Positions 25,792-35,487 of a stretch of 64,000 nt of DNA are shown here, in pieces; within the stretch, counting starts at the first letter, position 1; each line of letters opens with the position of its first letter. Where the stretch lies: assembly GCA_013265495.1 (NCBI GenBank), contig MU058441.1, positions 186,001-250,000 on the forward strand. Direction: 5' to 3'. Source of the stretch: Vicugna vicugna (taxonomy: Eukaryota). A model generated the notes under the pieces. That model ran no database searches and was not told the origin of the DNA. It saw only the letters and a list, made by a program, of their open reading frames with translations. A program made the translations under genes and the position numbers.

Positions 25792-27814
25792 GGCTTCTAG
25801 GCAAGACGGCGGAGCAGTAGGACCACGAGCTCACTTCCCCTTGCGACTACAACAAAACCGCAAGTGACTGCTAAACAACTATTGGGGGAAGAGAAAGACT
25901 GGAACCCAGCAAAAAAGATTATCTTCAACTGGAAACATAAAGAAGGAACCACACTGGGATGGTAGGAGGGGTGTGCTCGCGATGTAAACAGACCCCATAC
26001 CCCTGGGCTGGGCGACCCCCAAGCTGAAGAATAATTAAGTCGCAGAAGCCTGCCCACAGAACTGAGAGTCCTGAGCCCCACGTCAGGCTCCCCAGCCCAG
26101 GGCTCTGACCTTGGGAGGAGGAGACCCCACGACGTCTGGTTTTGAAGGCCAGTGGGGCTTAACTCCAGGACCCCCACGGGACTGGGGGAAACAGACTTCC
26201 TTCTCTTGGGAAGGGTACACAGAATCTCACGTGTGCCAGGTCCAAAGGCAGAGGCAGTGATTCCTAGGAACCTGGGCCAGACCTGCCTGCTGGTTTTGGA
26301 GGGGCTGCTGGAGACTTGGGGGATGGCTGCGACTCACCCAGGGGACAGAAAAGCTGCTGGTGGGCATTTCGGGAGTGTTCATCTACATGAGCTTTCCTGG
26401 AGGCTGACATCTTGCTTGCATCTTAGCACCAAGACCTAGCCCCACCCCCACCCAACAGACTGTAGGCTCAGGGGCTGGGAAGCCTCAGGCCAAACAACAT
26501 ACTGGGTGGGAACACAGCCCCACCCATCAGCGGACTTCCTGAGCCTCTAGGCATACCCCTAGGCACCAGAGGTCCAGGAACAAGCTTCACCCAGCAGTGG
26601 GCAGGCACTCCTGGAAGGAGGAAGAAACCTGCATAAGCCTGTAGTCTAGCCTTATCCACCAGGGGGCAGGTACCAGAAATAAGAAAACAACAATCCCAAA
26701 GCCTGTGGAAGGAATCCACAAACATAGGCCAGACTCTACACTGGGACCACCTGGACCCTGGCTGTTGGGTGCCAAGAGAGGAGTGTACTGCTGGGACGCA
26801 CAGGATGTCTCCCACAAAGAGCCACTTACCCAAGGTCGCGAAACATAACTAACTTACCTAAAAATACAAATAGAAAGACAATATGAGGCGGCAGAGGAAT
26901 ATCTTCCAGGCCAAGGCACAAGATAAAATCCCAGAAGAAATAAGTGACGAGGAGATAGGCAATTTATCTGAGAAAGAATTTGGAGTAATGATAGTGAAGA
27001 TGTTAAAAGAACTCAAGAGGAGTATATAGATGCACAGAGCGAAGTTTTTAGCGAGGCGTTGGAAAATATAAAGAATACTCAAACAGAGTTGAATAAAATC
27101 ACTGAAATGAGTAACACACTAGAAGGAACCAAGAATAGACTAAATGAGGCAGAAGAATGGATCAGGGCTAGAAGACAGATTAGAGGAAATCACTACTGCA
27201 GAACAGAAAAAAGAATGAAAAGAAATGAGGATAGTTTAAGAGAACTCTGGGACAACATGAAGCACGCTCATTGCATTACAGGGGTCCCAGAAAGAGAAGA
27301 GACAAAGGACCTGAGAAAATTTTTGAAGGGATAATCACCAAAAACTTCCCTAACTTGGGAGAGGACACGGTCACCCAAGTCCAAGAAGTGCAGAGAGCTC
27401 CACACAGGATCAGCCCAAAACGGGACACACCAAGGCACATAGTCATCAAATTGACAACAATTAAGGATAAAGAGAAAATATTAAAATCAGCAAGAGAAAA
27501 GCAACAAATAACACACAAGGGAACTCCCGTAAGGTTATCAGCTGATTTTTCAGCAGAAACTCTACAAGCCAGAAGAGAGTGGCATGATATATTTAAAGTG
27601 ATGGAAGGGAAAAACTTATAACCAAAAATACTCTATCCAGCAAGGCTCTCATTCAGATTTGATGGAGAAATCAAAAACTTCACACATAAACAAAAGTTAC
27701 AAGAATTCAGCACCACCAAGCCAGCTTTACAACAAATGTTAAAGGAACTTCCCTAGTCACCAAACCACAAGAAAAGAGAAAAGCAAGAGGAGGGAAAAAA
27801 AAAGACCTACAAAA
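25792..27814 (+). mobile_element. L1 5'UTR plus disrupted ORF1 (about 26883-27756) and inter-ORF spacer
   Basis: 5' end gcttctaggcaagacggcggagcagtagg. ORF1 fragments NTLEGTKNRLNEAEEWI, NEDSLRELWDN, PEKIFEGIITKNFPNL, TPRHIVIKL, PVRLSADFSAETLQARREWHDIF; frameshifts and a stop at 27619-27621. Confidence 0.92.
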
Positions 27815-28700
27815 GATTGCTTTGGCAGTTTGGGGCCTTTTGTGGTTCCATATAAATTTTAGAGTTATTTGTTCTAGTTGTGTGAAAAATGTCGAGTGTT
27901 TTGACAGGGGTTACATTGAATCTGTAGATTGCTTTGGGTAGTATGGCCATTTTAATAATGCTGATTCTTCCAATCCGAGAATCCATTTCTTTGTATCATC
28001 TTTAATTTCCTTCATCAGTGTTTTACAGTTGTAAGAGTATGGGTAATGTCCTTGGTTAACTCTACTTCTAGGTATTTTGTTGGTTTTGATGCAATGGAAA
28101 TTTATGCCAGTTATAAAATTCTGGTTCTTGAAGTGCAAAAAAGAAAAAGGGAATGAAGGGCCACAAATGTCAAAATATCCTTTTTTTGTGGGTGAGCTGT
28201 ATTCCATTGCATGTGTATACTGCATCTTCTTTATCCATTCATCTATTGATGTTCACTTGGGATGCTTCCGTGTCTTGGCAATTGTAAATAGTGCTGCTGT
28301 TAATAGCAGGGTTTATGTGTCTTTTTGAATTAATGTTTTTGTTTCTCTCAGATATATGCCCAGGAGTGGAGTTGCTGGGTCACATGGTGGTTCTGTTTTT
28401 GGGTTTTTGAGAAACCTCCATATTGTTTTCCATGGTGGCTACACTGGTTTACATTCTCACCAACAGTGTACAAGGGTTCCTTTTTCTCCGCATCCTTGCC
28501 AACATTTGTTATTTATGCTGTTTTTAATGATGGCCATTTTGACAGGTGTGAGATGGTGTCTCGTGATTTTGATTTGCATTTCCCTGATATTAGTGATACT
28601 GAGCAACTTTTCATGTTCCTGTTCGCCATCTGCATTTCCTCTTTTGGAAAAATGTCTATTCAGTTCTTCTGCTCATATTTTAAATGGGTTGTTTGCTTTT
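27815..28700 (-). mobile_element. Inverted L1 ORF2 fragments (about 27815-28095 and 28158-28700)
   Basis: Antisense ORF2 motifs (tgaatctgtagattgctttgggtagtatggccatttt; ttacattctcaccaacagtgtacaagggttcc); the minus strand reads [16 protein letters not shown]. Confidence 0.85.
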
Positions 28701-28746
28701 TCGTTCCAGTAGTTGATTTAAAATGTATTAGTTTCTGGTGTACAGC

Positions 28747-29206
28747 ATGGATGGACTCGGAGGGCATCATGCTAAGTGAAGTAAGTCAGACAGAGAAAGA
28801 CAAATACTGTAAGATATCACTTACATGTGGAACCGAAACAAATACAACAAACTAGTGAATATAACAGAAAAGAAACAGACTCACAGATGTAGAGAAAGAA
28901 CTAGTGGTTACCAGTGGGGAGAGGGAAGGGGGAGGGGCAAGATGGAGGTGGAGGATTAAGACGTACAAACTATCAGATATAAAATAAGCTACAAGGATGT
29001 ATTGTACAACGTGGGGAGTATAGCCAGTATTTTATAATAACTATAAATGCAGTATAACCTTTAAGAACTGTGACTCACTATCTTGTACACCTGTAACACA
29101 CACTATACATAAACTATACTTCAACTTAAAAATACAATATTGTAAAATAAATACATAAATAAAGTTTTAAAAATGTAAAAAAAGAAAAAAAAAAGAAAAG
29201 AAAAAA
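28747..29206 (+). mobile_element. L1 3' end (sense) with poly-A tail
   Basis: tggatggactcggagggcatcatgctaagtgaagtaagtcagacagagaaagacaaatactg...aactatacttcaa, followed by an A-rich tail to about 29206. Confidence 0.88.
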
Positions 29207-29214
29207 CCCCCCAT

Positions 29215-29857
29215 AAAATAACGAGTGCTGGTGAGGATATGGAGAAACTGGCATCCTCGTGCTCAGCTGGCAGGAACGTCAGATGGGGCATCTGTGGTGG
29301 AAAGCAGTCTGATGGTTCCTCAAAAAGTTAAACAGACTCACCACATGATCCAGCAATCCCATTCCTAGGTACTGGGTAAATTCAAGACATATTTTCAAAC
29401 ACGTATGCAAATGTTCACAGCGGCACGATTCACAGTAGATGAAAGCTGGAAGCAACCCAAGGGTCCACAGACAGATGATGGGTAAATGAATGTGGTCCAT
29501 TCACACAGTGAAATCTGATTCCACCTTTAAAAGGAAGGAAATCCTGGCACCTGCTACACCATGCACGAACCCAAAGAACGTGATGCTCAGCGAGAGAAGC
29601 CAGACAGAGAAGGACAAATACTGTGTGGTTCTTCTCCCTAGAGAAGTCAGAGTCATAGAGACAGAAAGTAGAAAGTGGGGGCTGGGGAGGGGCTGTTAAG
29701 GGGCACGAGGTTCTTTTTGAGGTGCTGAAAATGTTCTAAAATCCACAAGGGTGATGTCTGTACAAACCCATGAATACATCAAAAACAACTGGATCACACA
29801 CTTTAAATGGGGGGTGTGGTCTGTGAGTTACAGCTAATAAAGCTGTTATCAAAAAAA
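29215..29857 (+). mobile_element. Older L1 (L1MB-like) 3' fragment
   Basis: aacgagtgctggtgaggatatggagaaactgg...ccagcaatcccattcctagg...gagagaagccagacagagaagg...aataaaagctgttatcaaaaaaa. Confidence 0.8.
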
Positions 29858-30134
29858 GGGGGGGGGTGGTGAGGGAAGAGGAGGAAGGAAAGAGAGCCTC
29901 GGAAAGCTCGGGGGATAGCGTCTCACCCAGATGGAAGACGCACTACCTGTAAGGTTTGGCTCTTGCTGTCCTGTGGGGCTTGGGTGTCCCTGCCCACTTC
30001 CCTCCCTCTCTGCTCTGAGGCTCCATCTGAAGGGCTAATGAGATGACGATGGCGCTCACTCTGCAGGTGGAAGTTGCCGCTAGGGAGGCCCTTGCTTCCC
30101 TCACCCCTGAGCCTCCGCCCTGCCCTGCCGAGCT

Positions 30135-30297
30135 CTGTTGCTTCCCTCTGTGTGGTCCGTGGACCAGCAGCATTGGCATCACCTGGGAGCTTGTTAGAAA
30201 CGCGGTCTCAGGCCTCTCTCCTGTCCCTAAATCAGAACCTGCGTTTCAGCAAGACTCCAGGTGATTCACGCGCACTATAAAGGTTGACAAGTGATGC
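30135..30297. mobile_element. MER5A (hAT-Charlie MITE)
   Basis: gtgtggtccgtggaccagcagcattggcatcacctgggagcttgttagaaa...aatcagaacctgcgtttcagcaagactccaggtgattc. Confidence 0.85.
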
Positions 30298-30774
30298 TTG
30301 AGGAGATACGCAAGGGCTGCTTCCGAGGGAGGAAAAGGCCAGCTTTGGTGGGTGATGCCAATTTCCAGATCAAACTTACTCTCAAGCTACCCTGAGACCA
30401 AGCAGATCCCCCCCCTTTCCTCGCCCCAGGAAAGTGGCATTATGCTAAATTCATTCAAATTAAATTATTTTGACTAGGCCATACTTAAGTGATCCAAAAT
30501 TTAAGAGGCAACAAAAGAGCAGTGAAAAGCTTCCCTCCCACCCGTTCCCCGAGGCAACGTGTTACCAATTCCAAGAGTCTCACCTGTCTTGCTGAGACTC
30601 TTCTTAGTTACTCACCTCTTCCTTCAGGAAGTGAGCTTTTCCTGACGCCCGCACGGCAAACCAAGTCTCCTCTGTCAGAACGGACGCGCTGGAATCTGCT
30701 TAAGCTCCGGGTTGAGGAGCTGGCCGGCTCGCTTCTCCCTCTGCGCTGGCTGAGAAGCCCCAGCCCCTGCGTAG

Positions 30775-32210
30775 ACGCAAAGGGAGGGGCCAAGAACTCA
30801 ATCACTTTTGTTAGATCCACTTGGCATCCAAGCCAAAGGTAGAGCAGCCCCTCACCCCGCAAGCCCAGGCGCTGGGTGGGCAGCCGCCTTGACTCTAGGG
30901 AGCCTCCTCTCTGGGAGGAGTCTGGTTCTCCTCCACACAGAGGGGGCAGTGAGCATCCTTCTGTTACGGAAATGACAGGCCAGCCAAGAAACAAGCACCA
31001 CTTGGAGGGTTGGAGTACTCAGATTTATTATGCCGGCGGGCTCAGAGGGGCTTCTGCTCCGAAGCTCTGAGCACCTCCAAGACGTGCACATGAGGTTTTA
31101 TAGGGTTAATTACAAGTATGGGCTATTAGCCAATAAGGCTCAAACAACAAAAAGCAAGGAATCAGTACACTGGAGCTTATCAATTCGGAACAGATCACGT
31201 TACTGACACTTGTTGAGCTTGGATTTACGAGTTAGCTTGTTAGCCCAGTAAACTGACACTAAACTTCAGATTTACGAGTTAGCCCAGCAGAACTCAGATC
31301 AGTAATCCAACACTTGTTGCACTTAGATTTGTGACTTAGCTTGTTAGCCCAGCTGGGCTTTTCCTTCACACTTCCACTGCGGCCTTTGGAGGACAGGGTC
31401 AGAGGGGCCCTCAAGGTCCCTGGTGAGGCCCCGCCTCTGGGGCAGAGGGGCGTGGTCCCCAGAACAGGACCCCTTCTAAAGAAGCAGCTCCTTCCCTTGG
31501 GCTGCCTGGTGACCAGTCAGCAAGCCAACCTGTTCTCTGAAGAAAAAGCGAAAAATCTGGGTGATTTGCTATGATGTTGACTTTTCCCTAAGGCAAACCC
31601 TTGGATTTAACACAGCATGTTACTTGTACATTTGGGAAGAAGTAAAAAAGGCAGGGGTTACAGCTGCTTAGGAGTTGGGCCTGGCTTCTTTTAATGTTTT
31701 TGGAATCGCCTGGCAGCAGCCATATAACGTGGGGACAGTTGTGCTATTTTGTATCGGAGTGGAAATGTCTCCCTACAGTTATTCAGGCGGTACTTGGGAA
31801 AAAGCCCCTTTTCCTTGAGGCACCAGCTGCTTCATCAGGAAGATGATCACCAGCTTCTCCTTTCCATGCTGACATTTCAGGATCACAAGAGTTGTCCATG
31901 CTTATGTTCAAGCCCTGGCCTAAAGCCATTTGTGTAGGATTTCCCTACCAATTCTGCTATTCCTTGCCTTGGGAGTATCATGATGCTGGCCAATGGGAAA
32001 GTTTTAAATTGGGTGCTATTTATGTGACATCATGGGGACCAGCCATGAAAGAGCTAAGTGCCCTTTACTCCTGATACAGGGGTCACCAGGACTGACCAGT
32101 CTTGGCTGCCTTTTATACCACCCCCCAACCCCATCAGTTCCTTTCTCAGGGGCTGCCTTCCCCACTGCCTTCTTGACTCAGGGGACCAGTCAAGAAGGGG
32201 GAATGTGACT
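30775..32210 (+). pseudogene. Decayed ZCCHC3-like / Tx1-L1 ORF1 (gag-like zinc-knuckle) reading frame, interrupted by a solo LTR
   Basis: Colinear fragments across frames: EDRVRGALKVPGEAPP..LLKKQLLPLG; YDVDFSL..YLYIWEEVKK..SFNVFGIA; LYRSGNVSLQLFRRYLGK; FCYSLPWEYHDAGQW (degenerate CCHC, 31955-31996); CYLCDIMGTSHERAKCP (32014-32064). Similarity judged by eye against recalled ZCCHC3. Confidence 0.55.
30962..31370 (-). mobile_element. Solo LTR, 409 bp, ERV1-class, with 4-bp TSD
   Basis: TGT...ACA termini; TSD cttc at 30958-30961 and 31371-31374. On the minus strand, TATAAAA at 31102-31096 and AATAAA at 31029-31024; three U3 repeats gattt...ttagc(ttgttagc)ccag. Confidence 0.92.
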
Positions 32211-32599
32211 TCCTCCAGCTGTCCCGAAGTGCCCCAGAAGTCCTTAAATCACCCCACTTGGAACTGCATCTTGCATGTCTGGAAAAGGGCTCCATTTAGT
32301 TGCAGCCTGCCCCTCTCCCTGCAAATGATTCAACTCTCCTCAGAGCATCTTCTCCAGTGGACACAGGAGCACTCTCTACAAGACACTTTTCTTCCACCTG
32401 TTTCCCCTTAGGCCTGTGGACAGAAATAAAAGGGAGAAGGAGAAGACAGGACGCATTTTCTGGAACCTATCCAACATATGTATTTTCTGACAGTTTTATT
32501 TGGTTATAAAATAATAAAAGGTGTTAACTTTAAATGTGTCCTGATTTCCCCCCCTTCGTATCTTCATGGTGACTCTGTTTTAGAGGAAATGTTTAATGG

Positions 32600-33281
32600 C
32601 ATAAGTTTTTTTGCCTTGCTTGGCTGTTTTCCTTTCTTTCTTCATTTTCTCACTTCTCTGATTTAATTTATTCGTAAGAACTTGGGGAAGGCATAGCAGG
32701 CTAAAGTTTTTCTACATGTAAGAGGCAGGCGGAGGAGATTCTGTCCTGGGAAGGCTTCATAGGGTCTTGCTCGGTTACAGTTTGGCCTTGATACTAATAG
32801 CAGTTTGGGGGAGACTCTCGTAGTTTTAGTCAGGAGTGATGCGATTAGATTGGCTTTGTTTAAGCCATTAAAGTCAAGGACCTTTAGTTCCTCCTCAAGA
32901 GCTATAGATAATATTCTGAGCCATGTCCTTTGAGCTGTTTTGCAAATACCGAAAAAACCCCCACCAGGTGGAAAAAGTTAACCATATGCTGCTCAAAACC
33001 ACAGACCCTACTGAAAGCAGAAGGTTGATGTTGACCCCTCATTACCTCACCACCAACCAATCAGAATATACATAAGCTGAACCCCAAAACCTTCTCCCTC
33101 ACCCTGTCTTAAAAAATCTTTTCCTGAAAGCCACTGGGGCATTCGGGCCTTTTGAGCACTAGCTGCCTGATCTCCTTGCTTGGTGCTCGCAGTAAACACT
33201 GCCCTTTCCTTCAGCACAACCTGGCTCAGCAGATGGGCTTTACTGCGCGAGGTGAGAGGACCCAAGCTTGATTTGATAACA
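32600..33281. mobile_element. ERV1 LTR fragments (antisense piece about 32600-32780; sense LTR about 32850-33281)
   Basis: The sense piece has ccaaccaatcagaa, an agtaaa PAS and ends ...gacccaagcttgatttgataaca. The antisense piece ends agggtcttgctcggttaca, like the LTR at 20499-21040. Confidence 0.65.
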
Positions 33282-33934
33282 AAACTCCCTACTGTGGTCT
33301 ACCTCATGGCTTCTTCTCTAAACTCTTCAGATACGAGCCAAACTCCTTCCTTCCCCATGACCCTCACATATGTGCTTTCTTGCCAAGTAAAACCTGACTG
33401 TTACTCAACCTTTGGGTCTCAACTATGTTACTTCCTCAAAGAAGCAACCCCCACCCCCAGCCCTAAATCTGGGTTAGGTTTGAAGCACTTAGTATCACTT
33501 AGCATAATTTGAATATTTGTGAAATCAGGTAAGGCTGATCTTCCCATTTAAGACTAAATTCCACAAGCAATATGTTCATTACTTAACTCTAATGCAGTAT
33601 TTGTTTCTCAATTAAATGTATGCGTGTTATTCTAAAATAATTCTCCTGACAAGGGATCACAGCTTAGGATATAGACAGAAGCATTCACACTCTAGACAAA
33701 CCCAAAGTTTAGCTTACTCATTCAGTCTCTTCAATCGTCACTGGACGTAGTCTAGAAAAAAAGGGCTTGAATTTATTTATTATTTTTTTTAAATGGAAAC
33801 GACAGCAAACTAACTAGGTGAAATGGAACGGAAATGCCACCATTCACACCCGAAAGTAGTGGTTAGTGGGAGGGAAGGCTAGGCTCTGAAAACACGGGCT
33901 CAGCCAATACAGTTAAGAACAATTAAGAGACCTA

Positions 33935-34125
33935 CATTTGAATCCTGGCTCTGCCTCTTCCAAGCTGTGCCCCCTGTGATAGAGGTTATTTCATCCTTCT
34001 GAGCCTAAAGTTCATCAATGGGGGATAGTAATCACATATACTCCCTAAGAATATTGCAAGAATTAATGAGATAATGGAGGGACAAGGAACAATGCCCGGC
34101 ATATAAGGCACACAATAAATACTAA
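33935..34125 (+). mobile_element. MIR SINE
   Basis: tttgaatcctggctctgcc...ttctgagcctaaagttcatcaatgggggatagtaat...attaatgagataat. Confidence 0.7.
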
Positions 34126-34340
34126 CTGTCGTTCTCAGGATGTTAACCACAAGTTCTCTCCTTATTTAGGCCCTAGAGTACCCACGGAGGATGGTCTATG
34201 TGTAAATGCAAAGAAATTACCGAAAGCTAAGGTCCAGTCCTAGCTCTTCCAGACTGAAAACATGGTGATTTTGCACCCCCGGCAGCCAGGGGGTATGCGT
34301 TACCGTAGGAAAAAAACTCCACAAAGGGTCTCACGCTTCA

Positions 34341-34346
34341 TTTAAT
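34341..34346 (-). terminator. Probable EMC6 polyadenylation signal (ATTAAA)
   Basis: tttaat on + about 185 nt past the EMC6 stop codon. Confidence 0.55.
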
Positions 34347-34529
34347 CTGAAGAACATTACAGGCTCCTCGTCTTAAGATATAAATTATTTATAACGTTAC
34401 ACAACAAGCAGCGAACCAACAATTTAAAAACTAGGTTAAGTCTACACGGTGTTAATTTCTGGCAACAGTCCTCTCTCAATCTGTTTTGTATTTTTTTTTT
34501 TAAAAACAAATGGCATCCCTGCCCCCGTT

Positions 34530-34877
<348 letters not shown>

Positions 34878-35109
34878 TCACCCTCTGCTTCCTCGCGGAG
34901 CAACGCGGGGCTGCGGAGAGAACCAAGTTACAAGTGGCGCTCGGAGCGCGGCGAGTTGGGTTCACGCCGCCCCTCCCCCTGGGGTGGCCGAGACCTCGCA
35001 CCCCTCCTGGGTCTCGGACCTTCGAAAGACGCGGAGAAGGTTGAGGGCTCGGGCCGGCCGTGGAGGCGATGGCAGGTCTGCACTTCCCGCCCAGGCTAGC
35101 CCAGTTACC

Positions 35110-35487
35110 TGGAACCCGGCGGCGGACGCGGTCACTCTGCGTTTCCTCACACAGCCAGTGGCAGGGATTCCCACGGCGCCATCTTGAGCTGGAGGCTGCT
35201 GGGAGGGCGCAGGCTGCGCAAGCGCTGGGACCTCGCGCCCGCCCTCCAGCGCATGCGCAGCGGGTGCAGGGAGCACGCTCCATTCCCCCTCCCCGCTTTT
35301 CTACGCACGCACTGGGACTTCCGAAACCCAGACAGCGCTCCGGTCGGGGATTGGCTAGAGGTTCGTAAACTATTTATAAGGGGGCGGGATGGACTGGGCT
35401 GGCTTTGTTAACCAGAGAGGGCGCGGCCGCTGGGATTTTCGCTGCGGGCTTCACTGAGCGGTACCAGATTACCAGATTGGGGTCGAG
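35110..35487. promoter_or_regulatory. Bidirectional CpG-island promoter EMC6 / TAX1BP3
   Basis: Head-to-head genes. YY1-type AAGATGGCG (minus, 35185-35177), NRF1 palindrome GCGCATGCGC 35249-35258, ETS acttccg near 35317, inverted CCAAT near 35350, TATA-like tatttataag 35371-35380, GC box. Confidence 0.8.

Noticed and set aside
31200..31352. Repeat-spacer-like pattern reminiscent of a CRISPR array
   Set aside because: Degenerate U3 repeats inside an LTR in a mammalian genome; the spacers resemble each other and there are no cas genes.
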